A DNA stretch of 51,270 nucleotides from an archaeon (GCA_043806035.1 JAZDHK010000026.1:1-51270), one strand, 5' to 3'; positions 1-9,779 are shown, counted from the first letter of the stretch. The notes: generated by a model not told the origin, from the letters alone. Program-made: numbers and translations.

Positions 1-393
1 CAAGATGCAACATCGCTTATCGACTTCATCAACAACCAGCTGCAGTATTACGATGGAGAGCTCAACATACTCGAAATCAAGTCAATATCCTACCAGAACT
101 TGACCAATGCCACGCGTGACGAACGCCTCGAATATCAAGCAGTACAGCGCGAGATCGCTGCAAAGAACAAAATCTACGATTATCTTCTGACCAAGAGGGA
201 AGAGGCAGGGCTTTCGGCAGCAGACTCAAAGACAGGTAGCGTAAAAGTCATCAGCTATGCAGAAGCCCCACTCATTCCAGTTAAGCCAAACGTCCCGCTG
301 AATATCGTTCTTGGCATCGTTCTTGCAATAGGTGCAGCATTCGGCATGGCACTGACCGCAAACGCGCTAGACAGGAAGCCTAAGAAGAAGTAG
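1..393 (+). CDS. C-terminal part of a Wzz/Wzc-type polysaccharide chain-length determinant (5' end outside window)
   Basis: Frame open from base 1; coiled coil (YQAVQREIAAKNKIYDYLLTKREEA), then VKVISYAEAPLIPVKPN and a C-terminal TM helix typical of the GNVR/Wzz C-terminus. Confidence 0.7.
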   Translation, partial: QDATSLIDFINNQLQYYDGELNILEIKSISYQNLTNATRDERLEYQAVQREIAAKNKIYDYLLTKREEAGLSAADSKTGSVKVISYAEAPLIPVKPNVPLNIVLGIVLAIGAAFGMALTANALDRKPKKK

Positions 394-1164
394 CTAAAAA
401 ACGCCATATGCGAGCAACAGCACGAGCACACCGAGCAACGCACAGTACAGCCCGAACCAGGCAAATTTTCCCTTCTTGATGACGTGCAGCAGCAGTTTCA
501 GCGAGAAGTAACCCACAATCACGGTAACAAGAGTTCCAACGAGCAAAGCACCGACGTTGGTTATTTGTCCTATGTCTTTGAATTCTAGCAGTGTCGCTCC
601 AAGAATTGCGGGAATGAAGAGCAAAAAGGAGAACGTTGCGACGGTCTCTTTCTTTATGCCCAGCATCATTCCCGTGCTGATGGTCATGCCGCTCCGTGAA
701 ATGCCTGGAAACAATGCAAACACCTGGCTACAGCCTATGAGCAAGCTCTTCCCCAATGTCACCTTTTTTTCTTTTTTCAGGGGATAGCTTGACAAGTACA
801 GGATGAGCGCAGTGAACAATAATCCGAAACCAAGGATGCGCAAATCATTGAATGTATTCTTGATTACTCTTTCCAGAAAAAATCCGCACACGGCGATAGG
901 AACAGTGGCGAGTGCAAGGAAGCCGAGCATGAGCCAACTCTCACGATTTTTCTGAAACAGTCCCAGGATCAATGCTTTGATGTCTTTCCAAAAGACGAAA
1001 ATAACGACCAGGAGACTTCCCATGTGCAAGATCAGGTCAAAAAGCACAGGCGGAGCTAGGTTGAAGAGGTGCTGTATGAGCAGCAAGTGGCTCTTGCTGC
1101 TAATGGGCAGCCATTCGGTTATGCCCTGCACAATCCCGAGTATTATCGCTTGGAATACATCCAT
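394..1164 (-). CDS. uppP: Undecaprenyl-diphosphate phosphatase (BacA/UppP)
   Basis: QGITEWLPISSKSH, LHMGSL and PGISRSG motifs; multi-TM; start placed at MDVFQAII. Confidence 0.93.
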   Translation of the reverse strand: MDVFQAIILGIVQGITEWLPISSKSHLLLIQHLFNLAPPVLFDLILHMGSLLVVIFVFWKDIKALILGLFQKNRESWLMLGFLALATVPIAVCGFFLERVIKNTFNDLRILGFGLLFTALILYLSSYPLKKEKKVTLGKSLLIGCSQVFALFPGISRSGMTISTGMMLGIKKETVATFSFLLFIPAILGATLLEFKDIGQITNVGALLVGTLVTVIVGYFSLKLLLHVIKKGKFAWFGLYCALLGVLVLLLAYGVF

Positions 1165-1505
1165 GAATACACCGCTCCTCCCACAATACATCCTCCTGCA
1201 TCGACAAGCATGTCCGTGAGCGAGAACTGCCTCGTGCTTACCAATAATTGGATGACTTCAGTGAGAACAATCAAGAACAACAATATGCTTGCGGAGAGCA
1301 TCACGTTGTGCTTGCACTCGTAGAATTCGACTGTCTTGAACGTGATGAACGCGAGCACAACGAATCCAAAGAAATGAAAGTAAGGGGTGTTTCCCGAAAA
1401 TAGCGGGACAAGCGAAGGGTCTGGCAGCAGCGCTCCTACAATCATGAACAGCACGTATACTGATAAGATGAGCGTGAAAATGAGTTTCTGCTGCGTGCGT
1501 TGCAT
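1143..1505 (-). CDS. VanZ-like membrane protein
   Basis: HFFGFVVL, TEVIQ..V.TRQFSLTDMLVDAGG pattern; about 4 TM helices. Confidence 0.75.
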   Translation of the reverse strand: MQRTQQKLIFTLILSVYVLFMIVGALLPDPSLVPLFSGNTPYFHFFGFVVLAFITFKTVEFYECKHNVMLSASILLFLIVLTEVIQLLVSTRQFSLTDMLVDAGGCIVGGAVYSWMYSKR

Positions 1506-1598
1506 GCAACCCTGAAGGATAGGCCGTTTATAAACGTTATCACAAACAAACTTCTGTTTGAAACAATATTTATAAACATCTGTTCCTGTCCTAGACGC

Positions 1599-2180
1599 AT
1601 GGCAAAGATCATCGCACTTTCTGGCATGTGCGGTTCTGGAAAGTCAGTCATAGCTGACGAGCTCGTGAAGAAAGGCTACCACTTTCTCAGGTTCGGGCAG
1701 ATAACGCTGGATATCATCAAGGAGCGAGGACTCCCTCCAACGGAAGAGAACGAACGCCCAATCCGGGAAGAGTTGAGAAAAGAGCACGGCATGGGCGCTT
1801 TTGCCTTGCTGAACATTCCTAAAATAGATGCCCTGCTCAAGAAGGGAAACGTCGTCATCGACAACTTGATGAGCTGGTCGGAATACAAGCTGCTCAAGGA
1901 AAAGTACGGGGATAGGTTCATCGCCGTGAGCGTGTACGCACCGCCGAAAATGCGATATGACAGGCTCACGCAAAGGACACTGCAGGACTACGACAAGGCG
2001 TTGCGCCACAGGCCCATGACTGCAGACCAGGCACAATCACGAGACTATGCAGAGATAGAGCACATAGAGAAAGGAGGCCCTATCGTCATGGCAGACTTCC
2101 TGCTCATCAATACGGGAACGGTCAGCGAGCTGCTCAGCCAGCTCGATGCCGTACTCACGTATATCGAGGGATACACATGA
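1599..2180 (+). CDS. P-loop nucleoside-monophosphate/dephospho-CoA-kinase-like protein (UPF0200-like)
   Basis: GMCGSGKS Walker [26 protein letters not shown]; ATGA overlap with dCMP deaminase. Confidence 0.8.
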   Translation: MAKIIALSGMCGSGKSVIADELVKKGYHFLRFGQITLDIIKERGLPPTEENERPIREELRKEHGMGAFALLNIPKIDALLKKGNVVIDNLMSWSEYKLLKEKYGDRFIAVSVYAPPKMRYDRLTQRTLQDYDKALRHRPMTADQAQSRDYAEIEHIEKGGPIVMADFLLINTGTVSELLSQLDAVLTYIEGYT

Positions 2181-2671
2181 AGGTTGAGAAGCGCAAGGAC
2201 TACATTTCTTGGGATGATTACTTCATGGGCATAGCCATGCTCTCGGCGATGCGCAGCAAGGATCCCCATACGCAGGTGGGCGCGTGCATCATCAGCCCAG
2301 AGAAAAAAATCGTGGGCATCGGCTACAATGGATTCCCTCGCGGCTGCTCTGATGACGAATTGCCATGGGCGAGAGAGGGCAAGAGCACGCTCGACACAAA
2401 ATATCCCTACATCGTCCACGCCGAGCAGAACGCCATCCTCAACGCAATTACTAATCTGAAGGACTGCACGATGTACGTCGCATTGTTTCCCTGCAATGAA
2501 TGCTGCAAGCTCATCATCCAAAGCGGCATCAGAGAGGTCGTTTTTCTCGAGGACAAGTATGCGGACACGGAAGCCGTGCAGGCCTCGAAGAGAATGATGG
2601 GCATGGCGGGCATGCAGTTCAGGAAATTCACGCCAGGACGCAAAGAACTTCCTGTGCGGTTGAGCGTGTAG
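2177..2671 (+). CDS. dCMP deaminase (ComEB/DCTD family)
   Basis: [35 protein letters not shown] zinc motifs. Confidence 0.95.
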   Translation: MKVEKRKDYISWDDYFMGIAMLSAMRSKDPHTQVGACIISPEKKIVGIGYNGFPRGCSDDELPWAREGKSTLDTKYPYIVHAEQNAILNAITNLKDCTMYVALFPCNECCKLIIQSGIREVVFLEDKYADTEAVQASKRMMGMAGMQFRKFTPGRKELPVRLSV

Positions 2672-2673
2672 CC

Positions 2674-2766
2674 ATGGAACAGCACATCGAGAACGAGAAT
2701 GTGCGCAAGAAGAGGAAGGAGAAGCGCATGAAGGCAGGCGGGCCTGGACGGACAGTAAAACATTAA
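2674..2766 (+). CDS. Possible 30-aa basic peptide (MEQHIENENVRKKRKEKRMKAGGPGRTVKH)
   Basis: ATG 3 nt after the deaminase stop, open to TAA; fills the gap; no family recognised. Confidence 0.35.
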   Translation: MEQHIENENVRKKRKEKRMKAGGPGRTVKH

Positions 2767-2789
2767 TAGATTGCCTCATTCTCAACAAT

Positions 2790-3101
2790 ATGACCACGTA
2801 TTACGCACTGGGTGTGGAAAACATAACAGAGGAACCTGCACGCTATCCCTACTTGTTGTATTCTGAGGAAGGCCATTTCCGAACAGCATCGCTCGATGAC
2901 CTGGCAGATGCGTTCTGTCATCTTCACCTTGCGGAGGCGGGACTGGCATTCAACACATCTGTCCAGTACGTGTGGACGGAGAAGCAGGAATTGTGCAGGG
3001 TTCGCTTGCTTTCTGCTGACGAACGAACGACGCTCGAGCAGCATCTGCTCACATACAAAGAACGACTGAAAGAGCATGATCGTGAGCCCAAGTACGATTA
3101 G
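2790..3101 (+). CDS. Hypothetical protein
   Basis: 103-aa ORF with plausible composition filling the gap; no motif recognised. Confidence 0.55.
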   Translation: MTTYYALGVENITEEPARYPYLLYSEEGHFRTASLDDLADAFCHLHLAEAGLAFNTSVQYVWTEKQELCRVRLLSADERTTLEQHLLTYKERLKEHDREPKYD

Positions 3102-3817
3102 TGTTCGGCGTGCTTCCACATGAAGTTGAAGTAGTCTCTGTAGGCGTCTGCCGCTTTCTTGTTCTCGATGAGGATGGCTTCAGGCTCTTCACTCCAGATG
3201 ATGATGGCAATCTTGTCCCCATAAATGTTTGTAGTTACTGGACTTTCCACCGAGGAAGGGATCCTCCTGATAGTCGCAATTTCTCGTTCATCAAGAGCCC
3301 TGTTCGTCCTGATGATGCTGCGCAGACGAATGCCTTCACGCTCGAGACGGTTCGTGAACTGCTTGGCAAAAAGCGGCATGGTCTTCGAGAATTGCCCCTC
3401 ACTGCCAAAAATCATGTTCTCTTGCGCATTCCTCAAAATATCTTCGAAGACCGTGTTGACGCCACGCTGTCCCTTGAAAAGGCGCACGTTCTCCTTGAGC
3501 TTTGTCTCTTTGCGTAACTTATCGATAAAGGGGACTATTGCTCTCGCCAGCTCTAGCCTGTTCGTGATGTGCGTGATGAGATTCTTTGGATCAGAACATT
3601 GGAACCATTTTATCTTTCCTATGACGACGTAGCTCACCATGCCTTTCTCGATGAGCGATTGCAATGCATTATACGCAGAGCTCCTGTCCAATTGCGTGTG
3701 CTTTGCCAGCGTGCCTGCCTTTGCCGAGCCGATCTTGGCCAACCCCAGATAGACTTTTGATTCATTCTCCGTAAAACCTATTCTGGCAAGGCTTTCGATG
3801 ACGTGTGGAGAATCCAT
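3098..3817 (-). CDS. TrmB-family transcriptional regulator
   Basis: LARIGFTENESKVYLGL...RSSAYNALQSLIEKGMV wHTH; C-terminal TNIYGDKIAIIIW...AILIENKKAADAYRDYFNFMW. Confidence 0.9.
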   Translation of the reverse strand: MDSPHVIESLARIGFTENESKVYLGLAKIGSAKAGTLAKHTQLDRSSAYNALQSLIEKGMVSYVVIGKIKWFQCSDPKNLITHITNRLELARAIVPFIDKLRKETKLKENVRLFKGQRGVNTVFEDILRNAQENMIFGSEGQFSKTMPLFAKQFTNRLEREGIRLRSIIRTNRALDEREIATIRRIPSSVESPVTTNIYGDKIAIIIWSEEPEAILIENKKAADAYRDYFNFMWKHAEH

Positions 3818-3853
3818 GTTCTTGGTCGTGCAGCCCAAGTATTTAATGGTTTC

Positions 3854-3872
3854 TGTGGAAGAAATATCTACA
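3854..3872. promoter_or_regulatory. Candidate operator TGTGGA-N7-TCTACA upstream of the trmB-like gene
   Basis: Imperfect palindrome just upstream of an AT-rich TATA-like element; resembles the site at 5043-5063. Confidence 0.35.
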
Positions 3873-4962
3873 ACGTTCCAGAAAGCACATTGTCGACGAG
3901 TTTTCGTGCATTCTCTTGTGCATCAGGCATAGAAGGAAAACCAGAATAGTTCGTGCATGCCTGCACGTCTCCTGCAAGATCAAGCTCGTCCTGCTTCACC
4001 GCATGGAACCAGTGCTGCTCTTCATAATAGCTTGCAAGATATTCCTGCTCAGTAAGCCCTGGAGTGGGGATGAACAGTGCACGCCTCTTGCGAATGTTCG
4101 CAAGCTCCATCATGGTCGTGTAGCCTGATCTCGTAACAACACATGCTGCCCTATTAAGATGACTCTCCATATCTTGACGGTTCAAATGACTATACACGTA
4201 CGTCTGCTCATCGAGAGCATACTGCTCCTGCTTGTGCGGCTTGCCTAATGCCACCACTTTCTTGCCCGGCAGCTGCGTGACTTGATCGAGTACAATGCGT
4301 TCCAGCTCGGTTCGTCGGGGCTCTGGACCGCTCACGGACAGCAGATAGTCAATGTCTTCAGCAACGGGCTGATGATCAATGCTGCAGAGTATGCCTGCAT
4401 AGACTAACTTTTTCTTGAGCGTTTTGAGTTTTGGCTGGCTGAGCTTTCCCGCTAGGCTTCCCACTGTCGGATGATTGTCTGGCACGATGATCTTTTCGAA
4501 GGAATCGAACGAGTAGAGATTGAAGATTTCTGCGCCGATCTCAAACTTCTCAAACGGGTGTGGAATGCTGAAGTGCAGCTGATGGCTGATGATATAGGAA
4601 GGGACGGCATCCAGGTAGGAGCCATATCTGCCGTCGCTGATGACGAGGTCAAAAGCATGCTCCTTATGCAGTGCCTCAAGCTCCTTGTGCTCTTTCTCGA
4701 ACGAGAGTGCATATCGTGGCAAGTCATAGAGAATCCTGAAGACGAACGCCACCTGGGAGTTCGATGCCGAGTATTTCATCGTCTTATCTTTGAGATGAAA
4801 ATGCGTACAGGAAGGAAATTCTTGCTTGAGGAAGGTAAGTGCAGCGCCGCTTGAAGCCAGGCTCACTTCGCAACCGCGGGCGAGGCATTCGCGGATGAGA
4901 GGCACATCTCTCGTCGCATGGCCTAGCCCCCAGTTCGCTACGGAAAAAAGCACGTGCACCAT
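3868..4962 (-). CDS. GT-B glycosyltransferase (GT28 C-terminal domain, MJ1255-like)
   Basis: WGLGHATR, DLVISD, RSGYTTMME, IPTPGLTEQEYLA motifs. Confidence 0.88.
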   Translation of the reverse strand: MVHVLFSVANWGLGHATRDVPLIRECLARGCEVSLASSGAALTFLKQEFPSCTHFHLKDKTMKYSASNSQVAFVFRILYDLPRYALSFEKEHKELEALHKEHAFDLVISDGRYGSYLDAVPSYIISHQLHFSIPHPFEKFEIGAEIFNLYSFDSFEKIIVPDNHPTVGSLAGKLSQPKLKTLKKKLVYAGILCSIDHQPVAEDIDYLLSVSGPEPRRTELERIVLDQVTQLPGKKVVALGKPHKQEQYALDEQTYVYSHLNRQDMESHLNRAACVVTRSGYTTMMELANIRKRRALFIPTPGLTEQEYLASYYEEQHWFHAVKQDELDLAGDVQACTNYSGFPSMPDAQENARKLVDNVLSGTL

Positions 4963-5042
4963 TGCAGAGGGGAATGGCGGAGCATATTTAAATATTGCTG
5001 CCCCGACAAAGCATGTTCTCCCGTTGCAATAGTCATCATTTG

Positions 5043-5063
5043 TTGTTGACATTTCATCAACAA
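5043..5063. promoter_or_regulatory. Perfect inverted repeat TTGTTGA-N7-TCAACAA upstream of the TATA box of the AsnRS-like gene
   Basis: Direct reading; followed by AATATATAG at ~5067. Confidence 0.5.
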
Positions 5064-5104
5064 ATCAATATATAGTGTGAGAAGTACCCTGCAGGGGTGG
5101 AACC

Positions 5105-6145
5105 ATGAACGTCATGACTGCACACATACCAGATATCACACCACAGGACCTAAACACGCTCCGACAAACGCATAACCGTTTCTCCGTGCTCAACTCCCCC
5201 ATCGCACAAGCAGTAAATACTATCAACAGCAGCCTCTATTACGGCGCCAGCCTCTTCGCCCAACATTATGGATATACGTGGATCGAAGTGCCCACCATAA
5301 CAAAAGTAACAGGCGCATGCGAGAACGTCGACACCCTGCACGCCATTGACTATCACGGCGCAGAAGCGTATCTTGCGCAGACAGGCCAACTCTACCTGGA
5401 AGCAGCCATGACCACCTTCGACAAAGTGTACACGAGCATCACGAGCAGCAGGGCCGAGAAAGAAAAAGACAAGCGACATCTCAACCAATTCACCCTCCTC
5501 GAGATCGAACAGCACGGCCCCTTCGAGGAATTGCTGCCGAGCATCGAAAACATGATCAAGCACATGCTCTTCGAGGCAAAACATGGCGCAAGAGCTGCAT
5601 TGCAGGCACTTGAGAGGTATGACGAAATCTGCAGGTGGCTGGCAGAACCCTTCGCCCGCATCACATACACTGACGCCATACACCTGCTGCAAGGCACGGA
5701 ACACGCGCTCTCCTGGGGTGATGACTTCAAGAGCGAGCACGAACAGTACATCATTCAGGAACTCGGCAACAAACCAACATTCATCACCCACTTCCCAAAA
5801 GCGATAAAGTTCTTCAACATGCGCCAGAACGACGATAACCCAGATATCGTCAACAGCTCTGATCTCATCATGCCCTATTCAGGGGAAACAGTGGGAGCGG
5901 CAGAGCGAGAGAACAACTACGACCGGCTCGTGGAACGGTTGCAGCAGAGCGAAATGTTCAAAAAACTCAAAACACGAGGCAAAAGCCTCGACGACTTCGA
6001 AGACTACCTTACCATGGTGAAAGAGAACCCCATCCTACATAGCGGCTGCGGCATAGGCTTCGGCAGACTCAGCCAGGCAGTGCTCGGCGTGGACGACATC
6101 CGCATAGCGACACCGTATCCGCTGCAGCCAGGGACGCTGTACTGA
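5105..6145 (+). CDS. AsnRS catalytic-core paralog lacking the anticodon-binding OB fold; likely archaeal-type asparagine synthetase (AS-AR)
   Basis: TGACE, AYLAQTGQLYLE, SSRAE..DKRHLNQFTLLEIE, FPKAIKFFNM, GETVGAAERE, HSGCGIGFGRL class II motifs; only 346 aa. Confidence 0.8.
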   Translation: MNVMTAHIPDITPQDLNTLRQTHNRFSVLNSPIAQAVNTINSSLYYGASLFAQHYGYTWIEVPTITKVTGACENVDTLHAIDYHGAEAYLAQTGQLYLEAAMTTFDKVYTSITSSRAEKEKDKRHLNQFTLLEIEQHGPFEELLPSIENMIKHMLFEAKHGARAALQALERYDEICRWLAEPFARITYTDAIHLLQGTEHALSWGDDFKSEHEQYIIQELGNKPTFITHFPKAIKFFNMRQNDDNPDIVNSSDLIMPYSGETVGAAERENNYDRLVERLQQSEMFKKLKTRGKSLDDFEDYLTMVKENPILHSGCGIGFGRLSQAVLGVDDIRIATPYPLQPGTLY

Positions 6146-6222
6146 ATAGGACAAACGTCGTATCAATGACTGCAAGGCGGCGACGCACGAATATTTATAT
6201 ACTCCTGGAAAAACGGACATGC

Positions 6223-6765
6223 ATGGACATCGTTGATTTTTTCAGAAAGGCTATTCGTCTCAAAGATGTGCAGCGCACCGGGTGGGTGCATAAAGGAATC
6301 CCCCATCCAGAAAGCGTCGCCCATCACTCGTGGGGTGTCGCTCTTCTTGCGCTCATCATTCCCACTCCTCCTGCGGTTGATAGAGAACGGCTTGTCGCGA
6401 TGGCACTCATTCACGATCTTGGCGAGATCGCTATCGGCGATTGGGTCTGGGAGAAAGGAGCGTACAGCGATGTTGAGAGACAGAAGAAGAAACACGAGCA
6501 TGAGCTTGCATTCATGAACAATACATTGATCGGCGAGCAACGGGAGCTAGGCATCGAATTCATCGAACAGCAAACGCCTACTGCCAAATTCCTCAAGGAA
6601 CTCGACAAGCTCGACATGGTCTTCCAAGCGCTCGAATACGAAAAAAGAGTCCCCGCAGCGACGCTTGACGAGTTCTGGGAGAATGCGGAAAAGTACATCA
6701 CCACACCTTCGTTGAAAGAAATTCTTGCAACACTTAAGCTGAAGAGAACTACACCATCTCCTTAA
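6223..6765 (+). CDS. HD-domain 5'-deoxynucleotidase-like protein (HDDC2/YfbR family)
   Basis: LKDVQRTGW, ESVAHHSW, ALIHDLGE, LKELDKLDMVFQALEYE. Confidence 0.88.
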   Translation: MDIVDFFRKAIRLKDVQRTGWVHKGIPHPESVAHHSWGVALLALIIPTPPAVDRERLVAMALIHDLGEIAIGDWVWEKGAYSDVERQKKKHEHELAFMNNTLIGEQRELGIEFIEQQTPTAKFLKELDKLDMVFQALEYEKRVPAATLDEFWENAEKYITTPSLKEILATLKLKRTTPSP

Positions 6766-7411
6766 TATCCCCAATCTTTCCCACGAACTTGTAGAATTGC
6801 GGCGGGCGGTGGCTCACGTTCCGGTCTATTTCCTTCGTTGGCTCAACTATCTTCAGACTGAAGAGTTTCTTCCTGAAATTGCGCTTGTCAAATGGCTTGT
6901 CGAAGACGACTTCATAGAGTCGCTGCAAGGAGGTGAGCGTGAACTTTTCAGGCAATACAGAAAAGGCGACGGTGGTGTATTCGAACTTCCAACGCAGCCG
7001 TTGAAGTGCATATTCGAGGATGTTCTTGTGGTCGAACGCAAGAGAGGGAAGTTTTTTTATAGAGAACCAACGTGCGTGTTCAGCATCCGTTGACGCCTGG
7101 AGTGTCTGCTCGAGCGCCGTGAGCCCAAAATAGGTTATAGTGATGACTCGTCCTCGCGGATCTCGGTTAATGCCTCCGAACGTGTAGAGCTGTTCTAGAT
7201 ACGAGACATTGACTCCCGTTTCCTCTGACAATTCTCTCTTTGCAGCATCTTCAAGTTCTTCCTTCTCCCTGACGAAACCTCCGGGAATGGCCCACATGCC
7301 TTTGAAGGGAGGGATGCCTCTCCGTATGAGCAGCACCTTGATTTCTTCATTGATGATGCTGAACAGGATGATGTCTACCGTTACGGACGGCTTGAAATAG
7401 TCCTTTGGCAT
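6749..7411 (-). CDS. nrtR: NrtR, Nudix-related transcriptional regulator of NAD metabolism
   Basis: N-terminal Nudix (WAIPGGFV..EELEDAAKRELSEETG, RDPRGRVIT, LAFDH) plus C-terminal wHTH (LPEKFTLTSLQRLYE..DKRNFRKK..HRPPQFY). Confidence 0.92.
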   Translation of the reverse strand: MPKDYFKPSVTVDIILFSIINEEIKVLLIRRGIPPFKGMWAIPGGFVREKEELEDAAKRELSEETGVNVSYLEQLYTFGGINRDPRGRVITITYFGLTALEQTLQASTDAEHARWFSIKKLPSLAFDHKNILEYALQRLRWKFEYTTVAFSVLPEKFTLTSLQRLYEVVFDKPFDKRNFRKKLFSLKIVEPTKEIDRNVSHRPPQFYKFVGKIGDIKEMV

Positions 7412-8332
7412 CTACGCACTCCTCTTTTCGAGCAGGACGATGTTGATCGTCTGCCAATACTCATATCCCTGCTTGTGCTGTTTTTTAAGATTGTGCTTTT
7501 CCAAGTACTTCAACCAGCGCTTGTTGTTGAGGATGTTATTCACTTTCAGAGGAACGGTCATTTTTTCGAGAAGGGTCATCTTCATGACGGGTTTCTTCTT
7601 CATGACGACATCCCAGCACAGACTGCTGATGTTGATGACCATGACGCCGTTCTCGTTCAAATAGTCCTGACCGTGATGGACGAGATGATTGAGGAGCTTT
7701 ACTCCCTCATACGGGTTGTCGTCGATGCTGCTCGGTCTGGGAACGTATGGCGGATTGCAAATCAGTAGATCAAACTTTGCATGCTTGATCTTGGGAAAGC
7801 CGTCGCCTGCGTAGAATGATGCCCTGCTGTCCTTGATGTTGTCCATGGCGCATTTTATGGCGTACGGATTAAGATCGTTGACGAGAAAGGACTGCACCTT
7901 GCTCTTGGCGAGGACGTACTTGCTCAAAAAGCCCGAGCCGCAGCCCAATTCAGCTCCCGTCCTGAACTGTTTTCTTTTCCTGAACACGTTCCTGAGCGCT
8001 TTTGCAAAAAGGAGGGTGTCGATGCTCGGACACCACACGTTGAGGTGCGTGTGATCCCAGAACGTGCTCACCCCATCATACGAAATGATGCGGGGTTTTT
8101 GCGTGTACAGAGAGAACAATGTCTCCCGCAGCGGTGCAGACAGCTTTGCTATCCGCCACGTGTCCGTCACCAAGACAGGATTCCTGAACGTGTGCACGTA
8201 CACTTTCTTCTCAGGAGGAAAGGTGAACACTCGCTTGCCGTTGAGCCTGTCCTTGCCCATGATACTGCACAACTCAACGCCGTTCGCAAAAATATCCTGC
8301 CGGGTAAGGTCCGGGCTGAATACAATGATCAT
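7412..8332 (-). CDS. Class I SAM-dependent methyltransferase (HemK/small-domain-like) with N-terminal extension
   Basis: ELGCGSG motif I, DLN, FDLLICNPPY motif. Confidence 0.8.
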   Translation of the reverse strand: MIIVFSPDLTRQDIFANGVELCSIMGKDRLNGKRVFTFPPEKKVYVHTFRNPVLVTDTWRIAKLSAPLRETLFSLYTQKPRIISYDGVSTFWDHTHLNVWCPSIDTLLFAKALRNVFRKRKQFRTGAELGCGSGFLSKYVLAKSKVQSFLVNDLNPYAIKCAMDNIKDSRASFYAGDGFPKIKHAKFDLLICNPPYVPRPSSIDDNPYEGVKLLNHLVHHGQDYLNENGVMVINISSLCWDVVMKKKPVMKMTLLEKMTVPLKVNNILNNKRWLKYLEKHNLKKQHKQGYEYWQTINIVLLEKRSA

Positions 8333-8370
8333 AATCCATCCTTGAAATCATGATTTAAATGCTTTGTTCT

Positions 8371-8943
8371 TTATCCTGCATACAAGCCGTGCTTGCGAAT
8401 GTACGTGCTGACTGCTGCAGGAAGATGTTCCGGCTTTTTTCCCGCTGCTATGCATTGCCTGATGCGCCTCGAGGAAATGTTGTCTGCAGCTACGTGAATC
8501 CTTGTCATATGCATGCCGGGCAGAGCGTGGACGGGAAATCCCTGACGGTGAAATACGAGGAAGTGCACCTTGCGCAAGAGTCGCCCATAATACTTCCAAT
8601 CAGGCAATTCCTTGATGAGATCACTGCCAATGATGAAGCTGAACTGAAACGGATAGCGTTTTTCCAAGAGTGCGATGGTACGATAGGTGTAGTTGATGTC
8701 TTGTGTCGTGAGTTCGACAGAGGATATGTGCACGCCACGCATGCCCTTGAACGCAAGCTTGAGCATAGCCACGCGATGCTTAGCAGATGTAAGTTCTTTC
8801 CCGAATGCATGTTTTTTGCAGGGAATGATCCACACTTCGTCGACAAGCTTTCTCTGAAGCACGGTGTGTATGAGCTTGATGTGCGAGTTGTGTATGGGAT
8901 TGAAGCTTCCTCCTAACAATCCTACGCGCAGGCTTTTCCTCAT
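8371..8943 (-). CDS. nadD: Nicotinate-nucleotide adenylyltransferase, bacterial type
   Basis: GLLGGSFNPIHNSH, FIIGSD...LPDWK, ISSRRIRQ. Confidence 0.9.
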   Translation of the reverse strand: MRKSLRVGLLGGSFNPIHNSHIKLIHTVLQRKLVDEVWIIPCKKHAFGKELTSAKHRVAMLKLAFKGMRGVHISSVELTTQDINYTYRTIALLEKRYPFQFSFIIGSDLIKELPDWKYYGRLLRKVHFLVFHRQGFPVHALPGMHMTRIHVAADNISSRRIRQCIAAGKKPEHLPAAVSTYIRKHGLYAG

Positions 8944-9779
8944 TTCAGGTCACGCAAGAACTCATACTGCTTCTTCGCCAAATCTCCGATGATGGTGAGC
9001 TTTTCTCCTGGAACGATGTGGATGGTGTTCCTGGATGTGAACGGGTAGTGCGTGTAGGACCCGTCGATGTAGAGCATGCCGTGCTTTGCCTTGAGCTTGA
9101 CATGCAGGTCTTCTGCAAAGAGATGCTGTTTGTTTCGCCTGCTCAGGAAAGTGTACTGCAGTCGTGGCTCGTGCAGAGGCATGACCAGCCCTCCTTCATT
9201 CCACATCCACGCAGTGGATGCCTGCGGTGTGCACGCGAGAATTGCATACTGCTTTCCCTGCAATGCCTTGCCATTCACTCGCACGTCATCTATGGTTTCT
9301 GCAGGGTTGCTGTCTCCTATCCTGACATCGTTCAGCATCATTTCTGGGATAGCGTAGTCGTCGATGAAAAGCCTATACCGTTGGAGTGTAGTCCGTGGAA
9401 CGGCGTCGAGCGTGGAAAGCATGCTTGCAATGGTGTCCCCCGTCGCTGCCGTGTAGAAGCCGACGCTGAACCTCGTGGCATTGACGCCAAGCAAAGGAGT
9501 ATCGCCGATGGCGTGCGAGGCGCTGATGAACGTCCCATCACCTCCAACGGAAATAACGAGATCCTTGTTCTGCACATGCTTGAACTGCTCTCTCAAGATC
9601 AGGTCGTGCGTGTACGGCTGTAACGCCTGCATGACCTTGTCTAGCGTCACTTTCTCCTCCTCATGCTTCAGGAGCAGATGGGCAGCCTCTTGCGGGTCTT
9701 TCTCGAGGAGTTCCCTCCACGTCCCCCGTTCTTGCTGCTTCTCATACTCCGTCTTCCTGTACACGGCAAGTATGTTCAT
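8940..9779 (-). CDS. nadK: NAD(+) kinase
   Basis: DLVISVGGDGTF, LLGVN, SVGFY, MLNDV, TPQASTAW, IDG motifs. Confidence 0.8.
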   Translation of the reverse strand: MNILAVYRKTEYEKQQERGTWRELLEKDPQEAAHLLLKHEEEKVTLDKVMQALQPYTHDLILREQFKHVQNKDLVISVGGDGTFISASHAIGDTPLLGVNATRFSVGFYTAATGDTIASMLSTLDAVPRTTLQRYRLFIDDYAIPEMMLNDVRIGDSNPAETIDDVRVNGKALQGKQYAILACTPQASTAWMWNEGGLVMPLHEPRLQYTFLSRRNKQHLFAEDLHVKLKAKHGMLYIDGSYTHYPFTSRNTIHIVPGEKLTIIGDLAKKQYEFLRDLK

